Positions 39,301 through 54,300 of a stretch of DNA of 64,000 nucleotides are shown here, in pieces. The DNA comes from Malacoraja senta (Eukaryota). Positions within the stretch are counted from its first letter, which is position 1. Each line of letters begins with the position of its first letter. The notes below the pieces were generated by a model. The model was given only the letters and a program-made list of their open reading frames with translations, made no database searches and was not told where the DNA came from. The translations under genes and the position numbers were made by a program. The stretch covers positions 23,066,001-23,130,000 of the forward strand of contig CM075988.1 of NCBI GenBank assembly GCA_038087875.1. The letters run 5' to 3'.

Positions 39301-42300
39301 AACAACTCATTTCATTTCCATTTCCATTTCCATTTCCATTTCCATTTCCATTTCCATTTCAAGCACAGGGCAGGCCAAACAACTCATTTCATTTCATTTC
39401 CATTTCCATTTCCATTTCGTGCACAGGGCAGGCCAAACAACTAATTTCATTTTCTTTTCATTTCATTTCCATTTTCATTTCCATTGCAGTTTCAAGCACA
39501 GGGCAGGCCAAACAACTCATTGCATTTTCATTTCATTTCCATTTCCATTGCAGTTTTAAGCACAGGGCAGGCCAAACAACTCATTGCATTTTCATTTCAT
39601 TTCCATTTCCACTGCAGTTTCAAGCACAGGGCCAGCCAAACAGCTCATTGCATTTTCATTTCATTACCATTTCCACTGCAGTTTCAAGCACAGGGCAGGC
39701 CAAACAGCTCATTGCATTTTCATTTCATTTCCATTTCCATTGCAGTTTCAAGCACAGGGCAGGCCAAACAGTTCATTGCATTTTCATTTCATTTTCATTG
39801 CAGTTTCAAGCACAGGGCAGGCCAAACAACTCATTGAATTTTCATTTCATTTCCATTTCCATTGCCGTTTCAAGCACAGGTCAGGCCAAACAACTCATTT
39901 CATTTTCATTAAGGGCTAACAAATCATTTATTGCAAGTACATTGCAGACTCACAGTTCAGTTGATTCACAGCTTAGAATCACAGTTGTGGCCTCTCCCTC
40001 GCCATCTTCCAGAGTGACTGACTCAAGTCCAGGCATCCGGGGTTTTATAGTCCTGCCCCCCCTGGAAGGGGCGTTACCTTCATCATGGTGATTGACAGGC
40101 GAGACAACCAATCAGCTGATCTCAATATTTTTTAAACACTCATAACTTTTTTATTTTTCATTGATCGAAAAAATCCTCGAGGCTGCCTCAGCGGAGGAGG
40201 ACTGTGAGTAAGATGGCCAAAAATCATAGTGATATAGGGTAGCGTCTTTTCTAAAATCAATATACAGCGCAGACAGGAAGTGGTCAAGTTGAGACTTTTA
40301 GTTATAGAGATTTCACACTCTCAAACTCTCAAACTCCCTGGCAAACATTATTATTTCACGTGCTCTATATTGAATTGCTTTTGCTGCATGTCTTGTCAAA
40401 GTTGCAGTCTGGCTCGGTTTTTCTGCAGTCTCTTTCCACCCTCTGCTGTTAATTCACGGCAGCCTTTGCACATTGAAATCATACTGTGAATACCCAAGTC
40501 AAGGCCATGAACATATATTAAAGGATCACTGCGACCAACATCCGTCACCGACGCACATCACCAGGCCTCTCTCTAACAGTTGCCGCTGCCACAATAAGTC
40601 CCTTAAACACAACTACTGGTTCCATTTCAATGGGATTCAATTTAGAAAACAAGTTAAATTTGCCATAATCACTAAAAAGTTCATTTCCAGTACACAACAT
40701 TCATTGCACTATGCAATTAAACAGGTGAACGCAGCGGTAGAGTTGCTGCCTCACTGCGTCAGGGACCAGGGATCCTGACTATGGGTGCTGTCTGTACAGA
40801 GTTTGTACGTATTCCCCGTGACTTGCGTGGGGTTTCTCCTGGTGCTCTGGTTTACTCCTACACTGGCCCCATAGCAGAAGCGTCCAGGTGGCGGGGCTGT
40901 AAACTGGAAGTATCCTGAGCTAATTCTGCCACCACCATCATCAATTGCAACAAGTGATGGCTCCCACTGATTGTCGCCGTAAGCTCGCGTCCTTTTCAGG
41001 ACGGACGATGACAGCGAGGTCAACATTTGAAACATGGAAGATGGACACGGAAGAAGACTCCCACACTCAGTTTATTCCCACACTCCAATTTACGGATTAT
41101 AGGGAAGCATTGAACAAAGACACTTCTTGGAAATATGGTGATAATCTAAGATTGAAATATCTGTGACAGAATGCCCAGAGGAACAAACGAGCAGGAATGT
41201 CTCCCATTCATCATGATCATGGCTGATACGCCCAGCCCTCCTGTGCAAAATTAATACAGCCACCAATTAAAAAAAACACATCTAACTTCTTTTTAAACGC
41301 TTCCAGTAATCAAGCCCAGTGGCGCAACGGTAGAGTTGCTGCCTCACAGCGCCAGAGACCCAGGTTTGATCCTGACTACGGGTGCTGTCTATATGCAGTT
41401 TGTACATTCTCCCCATGACCACGTGGGTTTTCCCGCTGTGCTCTGGTTTTCCCCCCACACTCCAAAGACGTACAGGTTTGGAGGTTAATTGGCTTTGTTA
41501 AAATTGTAAATTGCCCCCTGCTGTGTGTGCGGGACGTTGCTAGAGTACGGGGTGATCGCTGGTCGGCACGGACTCAGAGGGCTGAAGGGCGTGTTTCCAC
41601 GCTGTACCTCTATAAAGTCTGAAGTCGGATCGTAATGTTAGCCAAACCGTAATTTGCCTTTCACAAAAGCATGAACTCTGTTTTTCTCTCTCACAGATGT
41701 TACATAACCTGCTGATGATTTCCAGCGTGTTTTGTTTGTTAGTTATGTCTCGTCAATGCACTCGCTCTGCACCAACAGATCTCTAACTATCACAAAGTTG
41801 ATGATTATAAACTTTAACTGGGTTTCACAAGCAGCTTGTCCTCACTTGTCCCTTATTCTAGGACAAAGTCCATCATGTGTTTTGTGTGCTTCTAGACAAG
41901 TTAAGACTAGACCTTGATCTCCCAGACTAGCTAGCTATCGATAGAAAGATATACTTCATTTTTTTTAAAAACGCGTATCCATCTCACATTTCTGCAGCTT
42001 TTCTTAACTTGACTCTCACACATCAAGCTGCCAACAATAATTTTGAACAAAACTCTTCAACCATTAAAATATGCTATCTAAAGCTCCAAAGTGATGATGG
42101 TTAAATAAACACAATCTCTTGGCAGCCACTTCATGAATGTCTGTTGCTACTGGAAACCCAGGGATTCTTCAGGTTATTTACAGAGGAGAACATTTCAATC
42201 AGTCCTTATGCAAATAACCTCATAATCTGATTACTAAGGTACAAAAGCTTGAGAGTGCGCGCCACCAGACTCAGGAATAGTTGCTTCCCCTCTTGTTATC

Positions 42301-45300
42301 AGACTTCTGAACGATCCTTTCATAAGTTAGGGCATGTCCCATTCACCTCTACCCCACAGTGGACACATTCGACTTTGTCCATGGAACGCATGGCGCTACA
42401 ATGCTGAGAACTATATTCTGCACTCTGTATAGAATACAACTGTATTAAGCACCCTTTGCACTATCTACTTTGATACGATACGATAGAACTTTATTTATCC
42501 CAGGAGGGAAATTGGTCTGCAAACAGTCATACAACAAGATACATGAAACATGGAATTAAAGTGATGGGTGGAAAGTCCAGGACTGGGGATGTGCAAAGAT
42601 TGGGGAGGGAGAGGGGAGTCAGTCTACCCCGCGACAGAAGGGGGAGGAGTTGTACAGTTTGATAGCCGCAGGGAAAGAAGGATCTCCTGTGGCGTTCTGT
42701 GTGGAACCAGTCAGTTGCTGAAGGTGCTCCTCAGGAGGGGGTGAGCTGTATTGTTCCGGATGCTCCACTGTTTGAGGAGCATCCTCCCCTCCAAGACCAC
42801 CTCCAGTGAATCCAACTCCGCCCCCAGGACAGCATCTTACTGCAGACATTGAAAGAGCGGAGCCTCCTCAGAAAGTACATAGACGGCTCTGTCCCTTCCC
42901 ATACAGGGCCTCAGTGTTCCTGGACCAGTCCAGTTCACTGTCCAGGTAAACTCCAAGGTACTTGTACTCCTTGGTAAACTGCACATCTTACTGTCATTTG
43001 ACGTGATTTGATGTATGCATAGTATATCTGATCTGTGTGGATAGCATGTAAAACAAAGCTTTTCATTGTACCTTAGTACACATGACAATAATAAACCTAA
43101 GCCTACAAAGTGCGAAGAATTCAGATACTCAAGGACCTGAGCTCCAAGGAGAGGCTGTGCAGGCGAGGACTTTATTCCTTGGAGTGCAGGAGGATGAGAG
43201 GTGATATTATAGAGATGTATAAGGTCATGAGGGGAATAGATGGAGTCGATGCACTGGCTCTTTTACCCAGAGTAGGGGAATCAACATCCAGAGAACACAG
43301 ATTTAATGTGAGAGGGGAAAGATTTAGCAGAAATCTGAAGGGCAATTTTTTCACACACAGTGGGGTGGGTATATGGAACGAGCTGCCAGAGGAGGTAGCT
43401 GAGGCAGGTAGTATGATAACATTTAAAAGACATTTGGACAGGTACATGGATAGGATAGGCTTAGAGGGATATGAGCTAAACGCAGGCAGGTGGGACTAGA
43501 GTAGATGGGGCATCTTGGTCAGCAGGGGCAAGTTGGTAGGCGTGGACTCAGTGGGCCGAAGGGCCTGTTTCCGCGCTGTATCTTTAAACCATCTCTTTAA
43601 ACTAAAAAAAAAAATCCTGTTTGCAAAATTAAGTGATTCAACTGAAGGAAACCAACTCTCCAACAATAAACGAAGTGATTTTACACAAAATGCACATTCA
43701 CGATGCAGTTTCGACACATCCACAATGGTAAGTGTGTAATTCTACAACTCCCCCCACGTGACACGCGGTGAATGAGAGCACTGGGTGAACGCATTCACCG
43801 CTGTAATGGATAGCATTAGCTCTCAGTAATAGCCTATGTTATTAAAGCCAACAGAAATGCTTACCTGTATGACGTTCACATGGCCATAAGTAGCAGCCAG
43901 ATGGAGAAAAGTTAACCCTTTGTCATCAACAGCATTCAGATCAGCACCAAGCAGAATCAGATCCCGGACAATTAGCGGCTGGTTAGCGACCACAGCGACC
44001 ATGAGGGGTGTCTAGGAACGTAACAAAGTGCATAGTTGGCATGGAGAAGTGGTGCATAAATAATAGCAGCAAACAGAAGAAGGTGTTCAATGTTCTATGT
44101 TTTAGTGTTTATGATCTATGTTCTATGTTCTAAGGACCAGTCAACATCTCCAGCCTATTTGATTAGTACGGGTGTCAAGGGTTATGGGGAGAAGGCAGGA
44201 AAATGGGGTTAGGAGGGAGAGATAGATCAGCCATGATTGAATGGTGGTGTAGACTTGATGGGCTGAATGGCCTAATTCTGCTCCTATCACTTATGACCTT
44301 ATGACCTTTTTCTGCCATCCAGCTAATTCAAAGCAGATTTGTATCTTTACCATTTATTTGGTTTGAAGTTTCTTTTCTCTGAATAATCTGAAGATGCAAA
44401 TCGATCATAGTTATGAAATTTTCACTGAACCTGCCCTCAGTAACATCTTGGGAAGAGAATTCCAAACTTTCATCATCGTTTCTGTGAAGAATTATTTTTG
44501 GACATGTTTTCTGTACAGTATTACTCTAACACATTAAGCCCTTTGAAACTGAACTCCCCTTTGGAAGAAATAACATCTTTTGATCGACCTCATAAAATCC
44601 TTTAACAGTTTTAGATGCTCTAATCGGATCATCTCTGTGATGTTTGGTGGACTGTGTGGGGTGGGAGGACCCATTGCTCCTCCCATGCAGCGCCCCCTGC
44701 TGCACGGAAGGAGCAACGGGTCCTCCCACCCCACACAACAGAAGTCTTTAATGCGTTACTCAATGCTGGCAGCAAGACAACTGAAAATGGCGAATTTGGA
44801 CTTCTTCGACTTCGTTGGGTGAGTGGGCGCCGTATAAGAGATATGGGTCGGGTTGGAACCAAAATGTACACCGTCCAAGGACAAGAAGGACAATGCCGAC
44901 GGCATGATGACCAATTAAGAAGCCGCGTTCCTCCAGCGAAGACTGCGCAGAACCTGACCAGAACCAAGCAGTCGGACACCCCGGTGCCGAATCGTGTGGA
45001 TGCTGGAGTGCCTGACTTGCCCCTCCCCTGGCTTGACGAAGTTCTGCCAGATGAACTCCCCGCCGATCTGCCTGTGGTCCTTCGTCGATCGACACGTTGC
45101 AATCGTGGTACTCCCCCAAGGCGACTCATTCAGGAATAGAGACGTTCAAACTGGAAAGGGGGAATGTGATGTTTGGTGGACAGTGTGGGGTGGGAGGACC
45201 GTTGCTCCTCCCGTGCAGCAGGTGGCGCTGCACAGGACATCGGGAGATGTTTTGTATATATTTTTCTCCTGTCTGTGTGTGTGTGCAGCCATTTTGAGTT

Positions 45301-48300
45301 GTCTTGCTGCCAGCATTGAGTAAAGCATTAAAGACTTCTGTCATCAATTGAAGACTCTCATGTTTCGTGCAGACCTAGAAAACGAACACGAAAATCTCTT
45401 AACTCTGTAGTCAAATATGAATTAATTTCTGGTCACAGCGTAGATTTACAAGGTTAATTCCCGGGATGGCGGGACTGTCATATGCTGAGAGAATGGAGCG
45501 GTTGGGCTTGTATACTCTGGAATTTGGAAGGATGAGAGGGAATCTTATTGAAACATATAAGATTATTAAGGGTTTGGACACCCTAGAGGCAGGAAACATG
45601 TTCCCGATGTTGGGGGAGTCAAGAACCAAGGGCCACAGTTTAAGAATAAGGGGTAAGCCATTTAGAACGGAGACAAGGAAACACTTTTTCACACAGAGGG
45701 TTCTGTGTCTGTGGCGCCCCCCCCCCCACATCAGTCTGAAACATCGCCTATTCTTTCGCTCCATTGAAGCTGCCTCACCCGCTGAGTTTCTCCAGCATTT
45801 TTGTCAACATCTCATAATTTTATATACTTTCTCTCTGAACAGTATTTTCAAAAATTCTAGACAAGCAAATTAGTTGACTAAAGAGAGCACATTAAGATTT
45901 GTATACCTTTCCCCTGTGTTCTTTTGTGTCAAGTCTTCTGAGCTCGTGCATCCGCTCAGCGGCTGCGTAGGCGTGTTCCCGCATACCTTTTGCTGCATAG
46001 ATGTGGAGGATTCTGCAAAAGAATAATCATACAATTCATACAATTGCAGGTTAGACTGAGTGCTAAAACCCCTGTCCCACGGTACGAGTTCATTCCAAGA
46101 GTTCTCCCGAGTTTGCCCCGATTCGAATTCCGAAATTTACGGTAATGGCCACTCGTCGGTACTCGAGGCTCTCGTGGACATTTTTCATCATGTTGAAAAA
46201 TCTTCACGAGTCTTCCCATGCTTACCTGTGTTTGCGAGTCTTCCTGAGTACCTGCCGTTAGCGCTAAGAGACGTCCCCGAGCTCCGACGTACCCGCTACG
46301 TTCATTCTCCATGCTTACCACGAGTTTGATTTTTTAAAAACTTTTGAGCTTTAACTTTGCTACCACTTTTGAGAACAATGGATGGACATCCAGTTTTTTC
46401 CAAACTAGAGCTTCAGGGCGCATTGGGTGGAGACGCGGCGTTAATGAGTACCATTGGTTGCCTGGCTGATCCCTACTGGTGTCGTGACAGGAAGTTTGTG
46501 AAATGATGCGATACGATAGAACGTTATTTATCCCAGGAGGGAAATTAATTTGCCAACAGTCATAAAAAACACAAAATACATGAAACATGGAAATAAAGTG
46601 ACGAGTGGTAAGGCTTTGGGGATGTGCAAAGATTGAGGAGGTGGGGGGGTGGGGGGGTCAGTCTCAGTCACCCCCATAACAGAAGGGGGAGGAGTTGTAA
46701 AGTTTGGTAGCCACATGGAAGAAGGATCTCCTGTGGCGTTCTGTGAAGAATGGATGGTTCGCAAGGTGGAGATGGCTCAGCTGAAAGGTTCAGAAGGACT
46801 AGCGCTAATGTACCTCCTTGCAACTTTCTAAAGGCATTGATGACCAAAGGCACAAAGAAGGTCATCACATGTTCCTATGACCATGGGTTAAGGATAGATT
46901 CAAGAATCATCAATAAGAGATGGGAGTGAAGGATTATGCTTTGGAGAGATGACACTAGGATTACCTTATTTTAGAAGTATTTCCTATTTTGCTTCATAAG
47001 TTTCTATGTGATGGGAGCAGACATATTAGAGATATACTAATATTGGGAGTAGTTCAGAAGAGATCGAGGAGGTTAATTCCCATGATGAGAGGGTTGTTTA
47101 AAAAAAATAATCAAAAATGGCTTTAAAAAAAGTCTAGATGTCTTGTTCTGGAGTTCAGATGAAGGAGTGATTTTATTGAAACATAGAGGACCCTAAAGAA
47201 GCTTAAGCCAGTAAATGTGACGATATTTCCACCAGTGGGAGAGTCTTAGCTAGTCAGTTTAGTTTATTGTCATGTGTACCGAGGTACAGAGAAAATTTTT
47301 TGTTGCTTGCTAACCAGTCAGCAGAAAGACAATACATGATTACAATCGAGCCATCTACAGTGTACAGATACATGATAAAGGGAATAACGTTTAGTGCAAG
47401 AATAATGTTTATGGCAAGAATAACACTTTATGCAAGAATAACATTTAGTGCATGTTTAGCGCAGTGTTGAATGAGAGGACATGGTTACAAGATAAGGGGC
47501 AACTATTTAAGACTGAGGTACATAGGAATTTCTTCTTTCAGATCTCGGTGAATCTCTGGAACTCGGTGAATGTGGAAGCTTTAATTTAGTTTAGTTTAGA
47601 GATACAGTGCAGAAACAGGCCCTTCAACCCACTGAGTCCGTTCTGACCAGCGATCCCCGCATACACTAACCTACACACACTAGGGACAATTTTACAACTT
47701 ATCAAAACCGATTAAGCTACAAACCTGTACGTCTTTGGAGTGTGGGAGGAAACCGGAGCACTGGGAGAAAACCCACGCAGTCACAGGGAGAAGGTACAAA
47801 CTCCATACAGCCAGCACCCGAGGTCAGGATCGAACCCAGGTCTCTGACGCTGTGAGGCAGCAACTCTAATTTAGTTTAGTTTAGAGATACAGCGCGGAAA
47901 CAGGCCCTTCGGCCCACCGGGTCCGCGCTGCCCAGCAACCCCCGCACATTTACACTATCCTACACCCACTCGGGACAATTTTTACATTTACCAAGCCAAT
48001 CAACCTACAAACCTGTACGTCTTTGGAGTGTGGGAGGAAAGCGAAGATCTCGGGGAAAACCCACGCAGGTTACGGGGAGAACGTACAAACTCCGCACAGT
48101 ACCCATAGTCAGGATCGAACCCGGGTCTCCGGCGCTGCATTCGCTGTAAGGCAGCAACTCTACCGCTGCGCCACCGTGACCTCCCTAATGTTGCACCATT
48201 GGGCTTGATTACTGCAAGTGTTTAAAAATAAGTTAGATAATCTATTTAATCAGTAGCTGTATTAATTTGGCACAGGAGGGCTGGGGCGTTTCAGCCGAGG

Positions 48301-51300
48301 TCCTGTTGAATGAGAGATTCCTACTCCTTTGTTCCTCTGTGCATTCTAACACAGATATTTCAATCTTAGATTATCACCATATTTCTTAGAAGTGAGTTTG
48401 TTCAATGCTTCCCTATAATTAGTAAATCCCATTGCTTTCTCTCACACTTAGTTTATCAGTAATCATTGTGGGACTTTTCAAATTGAACTTGTATTTTTAT
48501 AGTCATAGATTCATAGAGTGATACAGTGTGGAAACAGGCCCTTCGATTCAATTTGCCCACACTGGCCAACATGTCCCAGCTACATTAGTCCCACCTGCCT
48601 GCGTTTGGTCCATATCCCTCCAAACTCCATTTCTCTCATCACAACTTGTAAGGTCATGGCTACAATACTTGCTCCTGATTTCCCAGGTCACTCCTTCCAA
48701 CCCCATTTAAGTGGAGCCCATGTCAGATGCTATTGCCAATGTCCCACAAACTGAAGCCCCTGTCTCCATCGTCATGAGATCAACCAGAAGGGCTTTCAAA
48801 CAAATGCCATTTATTGGTAGGAAGGAACTGCAGACGCTGGTTTACACTGAAGATAGACACAAACATGCTGGAGTAACTCAACGGGACAGGCAGCACCTCT
48901 GGAGAGAAGGAATGGGTGACATTTCGGGTCGTGCCCCTTCTTCAGACTCAGTACTGTGTACGGTTCGGTGCCAGCCCTTCTGAAGAAGGTTCTCGACCTG
49001 AAATGTCACCCATTCCTTCTCTCCAGAGATGCTGCCTGTCCCGCTGGGTTACTCCAGCGTTTTGTGTTTATCTTCAGCATTTAATCGTAGCTTGATGATA
49101 AACCATTGAGCATTGTCCTTTTCGCTTGGCATGTTAGGAAGGGCTGATTTCCATTGTCAGTGCAGTTCAGTTTAGTTTAGTTTAGTTTAGTTTAGTTTAG
49201 TTTAAGTTTAATTCAGTTTAGTTCAGTTTAGTTCAGTTTAGTTCAGTTCAGTTTCGTCACATATACTGAGGTACAGTGAAAAGCTTTTATCTGCGTGCTA
49301 TCCAGTGATAGACTATACATGAATCCAACCGCAGTGCGCAAATAAAGAATAAAGGATACATTTTACACTTCCTTATCTCCGTGTTTCCCTCTCCCCTGAC
49401 TCTCAGTCTGAAGAAGGGTGTCGACCCGAAACGTCACCCATTCCTTCTCTCCAGAGATGCTGCCAGTCCTGCTGAGGAACTCCAGCATTTTGTGCCTATC
49501 TTCGGTGTAAACCACCATCTGCAGTTCCTTCCTACACAACTTAGCACAGGTATTTACAGTGGTTTCCCAGTTACTCCATACCATCCTTCTATTCTGGAGT
49601 CATGTAATTGCTTAAATTGAAATTCCTCGGCTGCTGCTTTTGCTACAAATGAGTTCTGAATAAAACTGCTACAGCTCAGGTTTGTAAATCTGCTGACATT
49701 GATGTTACATAATGATTTACTTAGAATTTCCTCTTTGTGCCAAAAATTCATGAGACTGGAGGGAGGTTGTAAATGTGTGTTTATTTTACATATTCCACAA
49801 AATGACACACCATTTATTGGCTTTTATCTACATGACAGTGGGTAATCTTACATGGAATACAAATACAACCATAAAATCTTCAAAAGGAATATACCAGTAA
49901 TGATTAGATAAGTTGAAGCTATAGTCCCTTTTGATTGTATTGTATTCTCAAATGTTTATTCAAAATCAGAGAAAGATGTTCCATTGTTCCCCAAAAATGC
50001 AAGCTAGGCTCATGGAGAAGCAGAGTGATGATCTCAAGTTGGGAACATCGAATTCAGTGAAGAAGATTGGAACATTAAAAAAAACAGCATTATGGATATT
50101 AGGCATGTAACTGTGTTGAGGAATGGGTATTGACTAATCTCTTAATCAGTTTGCTTATTCCGTGAAAATATGCCCGTGATTTAACTTCTCATATCCTTTA
50201 ATTACACTGGTTACCCAAAGCCATCAATTTAGTTTAGTTTAGTTTAGCGAGCAAACAGGCCCCTTCGGCCCACAGAGTCCACGCCCATCAGCGGCCAACC
50301 AGTGCACTGGCACTGTCTCCTACACACTGGGCAATTAACCGACAAACCTGCAGGTAGACGAAGGTGCTGGAAAAACTCAGCGGGTGCAGCAGCATCTATG
50401 GAGCGAAGGAAATAGGCAACGTTTCGGGTCAAAACCCTTCTTCAGACTGAACTACAAACCTGCACGTCTTTGGAGTGTGGGAGGAAACCGGAGCGCCCGG
50501 AGAAAACCCACGCAGGTCACGGGGAGAACGTACAGACTCCGTACAGACAGCGCCCGTAGTCGGGATCGAACCCGGCTCACTGGCGCTGTAAGGCAGCAGC
50601 TCTACCGCTGCGTCACTGGGCCACCCTTTAGAATTTCAGAATTAATAATGGACTCAGTAGCAATTGTTCTTAAGGGCCTGTCCCACTTGGCGATTGTTTC
50701 GGTGACTGCCGGTATAATTGACTGACGTCACTGAAAAATTTGCGGCGTGATGCAGTGTCACACGGCGTGACGCGGCGTGATGACGTATGACGCGCGGTCT
50801 TTTTTCAAGTGTCGCAACGTTTTATTGTCGCCGCTGGATTTTGAATTGTTCAAAATCTTTTGCCGACCCTGATATAACGCCGGCAGTCGGCGAAAAATAA
50901 TCGCTAAGTTGGACAGGCCCTTTAGAAATTCACGATAGAATCTATTTGTGAAATGGAATACACCGTCCTTATCTGGTGTGAGTCTGGCTTCAGACCGCAC
51001 AACATTATATTTACAGTAACTGTAAATTATCCATTGAATGGTTCTGCAAGTCACTCAATTCCTTGAAAGTAGGGATGGGTAATAATTAGTTTGCCAAAGC
51101 ACAATACTTGAAGTGTGGCCTCACCAGCTCCATGTACAACTCTATTTAAACCACCCATTAATTACACCCCAACCTCTCTATAATAAAGGCCAACATGTCA
51201 TTTGCTTTCTTAACTACTTGTTGGGTCTGCCTGCTAGCTTTTGGTGATTTATCCACTGGACCATCCAGATACCACTGAACATTACTCATTTGCAATGTCT

Positions 51301-54300
51301 CTCCATTTAGGCAACAATCCACCTTTTGAATCCTTCCAAGGAAGTGCATGACATCACTCACACCTCCCCTTCATTAAACTCCATTTCGCAGGTTTTTGTC
51401 CAATCACACCCCGATGTAGAGTCATAATGTCCTTCTTACAATCTGCCCTTCCACCTACTTTTGTATCGTGGGCAAACTTGAAAACCTTACATGTCGTACG
51501 TATCCTCCTCCAAATCATTAATGTGAAGCGATCCTCAGGGAACTCTGCAGGTTACATCACTCCAGCCTGAAAATGACCCATTTAGAGTAATGTCTTTGTT
51601 TTCTATATGATGTCCAGTTCTTAATACTTGCCCGCACACATCCTCCAATACCTTGGGCCCTTAATTTGTGCACTAACTCATTCTGTCATGCCTTACCAGT
51701 CTGAAGAAGGGTTCCAACCCGACCAGACAGATCAGGAGATCTTCTCTCCAGAGATGCTGCCTGACCCGCTGAGTTACTCCAGCACTTTGTGTCTATCTTT
51801 GGTATAAATCTGCATCTGCAGTTTCTTCCTACACAACTTATTAAGTGCCATTTCTAAATCTAAATACACCAGATTGCACACTATCATCTTTCCCCGTCAA
51901 ATCCTCAAAACATTTCAGCAAAATTGTCTACCATGATGTACCTTTCATAGGACTATGAGACATGGGAGCAGAATTAGGCCATTCGGCCCATCTAATCTAC
52001 TCCGTCAATCAATTATGGCTGATCTAATTTTTCCCCCTCAACTTCATTCTCCCCCCTTTCCCTTCCCCTTCCCCAATAAATCGTTGACTAGAAATATAGA
52101 AACAAAGAAAAATAGGTGCAGGAGTAGGCCATTCGGCCCTTTGTCAGCACCACCATTCAATATGATCATGGCTGATCATCTAAAATCAGTACCCCCGTTC
52201 CTGCTTTTTCCCATATCCCTTGATTTTTTTTAGCCTTGAGAGCTAAATCTAACTCTCTTGTGAAAGACTAGGTTTGATTATATTCAGCTTCTTTAAACAA
52301 ATAGTTAGTTTCCTCTTTGATTGATGAATCGAGTAAGTGCAGTGACCACATGACATTAACAATACATTGCACCAATAAATATAATTAAAGTTATCTTAAC
52401 TACCGCTCCTTTGCTTCAGCCGAACAGAGTAATCCCTTTGTTCTGTCCATTCCTCTTCCGCAACTTCTCTCTTATCTGAACTAATTTGTTTTTCCCTTTC
52501 TCAGTTGTACTGCAGGTTCCACATCTGGAACGCTATCTGTTTCTCTTTCCGCAGATGCAGTCTGACTTTTTCTGTTTATTTTTATTGTGTATTTTTCCAG
52601 AATCTTTAATTTTCATTTAATTTTGAAAAGAAACGATCCTTTACATCTTAGACAAAGGTATAAGTTATATTAAGGCCTTAGTCCAGGAGCTGACCATTTC
52701 AGCCAACAGGGCAATGTCTACTAGCACTTTTCAGTAACTTCCTCCAATTTCTTTCTCTCCATAGTTTAACATCGATTCCTTGTCATTGCACCCATGTTGT
52801 TTGCCACAACCACTTCCTATGGGACAGTATTTAGCATTCTCAGCTACTTCCAGAGTGAAGTGCGGCACAATGGTGCAGCGGTAGAGTTGCTGCCTCACAG
52901 CTCCAGAGACCCGGGTTTGATCCTGACTATGGGTGCTGTCTGTACGAAGTTTGCACGTTCTCCCTGTGACCGCGTGGGTTTCCTCCGGGTGCTCCAGTTT
53001 CCTCCCACACCCCCAAAGACGTTCAGATTCACAGGTTAATTGGCTTCGATAAAATTGTAAATTGTTCATAGTGTGTAAGATAGTGCTAGTGCTCGGGGGG
53101 ATTGCTGGTCGGTGTGGACTTGGTGGGCCGAAGGGCCTGCTTCCTCGCTGTATCTCCAAAGTGTAAAAGGCCAGGAAAAGAGAAAGCTCTCTTTCCTTTG
53201 CCTCTATGTCTCAACACGAACCCTTATCTCAAGACTGCCATCAGTTTCTTTATACTGTAAAATATTAACTTCATAAAGAGTGTCTTACGCAGGACATCAA
53301 TGATTATCTTTGGCCAACCGGAAAAATAAACAGAGAATATGACTTCAATCATCAATGCATCAAATGTAATTGAAAGCAGACATGGTACAGATGCTTCTGT
53401 CGGACACAGACTTGAAAAAGTCAATAACGTGGAGACTAAGTACTGTCAATTTCTCAATGCTGGCAACAAGAGGTATTCATAAATACCATATCAGCTAATC
53501 TATCTCTGGACTGTTTCAAGTCCACCACCTGGTGCCAAACAATCTAATGCTCACACAGTTCAAGCTTCATGAAGATACGATACAACGACGTTATGGAGAG
53601 GAGCATATTTTTCCACCTTTAGCCCTATCACTTTAATGAACAGGCAGCATTAAAAAAATGAAATCCTATTTACAGATCCAGATCAAGTTAACTCTGGCCA
53701 TTTAAACAAAGAAAACATAAGACATTACCATTTTCATCGCATTACCACAGATAGCCATTGGTCTATTGGGCTCACAAAAATGCTGGAGAAACTCAGCGGG
53801 TGCAGCAGCATCTATGGAGCGAAGGAAATAGGCAACGTTTCGGGCCGAAACCCTTCTTCAGACTTGGGCTCACCTGGTATCTATACCCCATGTGAAGCTT
53901 TCTAACCTATTATAAAAACTATTCATTTTTTCCCTCAGAATCTTTTCTATCTTCAGCTCACAAGCATCAAGATGCCTGGAAATGTAACCTAATTTGTCTA
54001 CTTTGCTTCCTAACTTTTTAGTCAACAAAGTCAGTAGATCTCACTTTTGAAAGCAGAATGGAATTCTCAGCTGATACGTTTGATGGAGAGGATTTTGAGT
54101 GTTTACCTGCAATGGAATCTAAAGACTATTCATGGTCAGAGTCAAGGGTCATGTGTACAGAGACTGAAACAATGGAATTCTTGCTTACTGCAGCTTTACA
54201 GGCTGAGAGTCTTGATGTGTAGGGAGGAACTGCGGATGCTGGTTTAAACCGAAGACAGACACAAAATGCTGGAGTAAATGCAGGCCGCATCTCTGGAGAG

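Noticed and set aside
39232..40091. His/Phe-rich repetitive ORFs; CRISPR-like appearance of the array
   Set aside because: These are translations of a minisatellite inside a Helitron. There are no unique spacers or cas genes and the DNA is eukaryotic.
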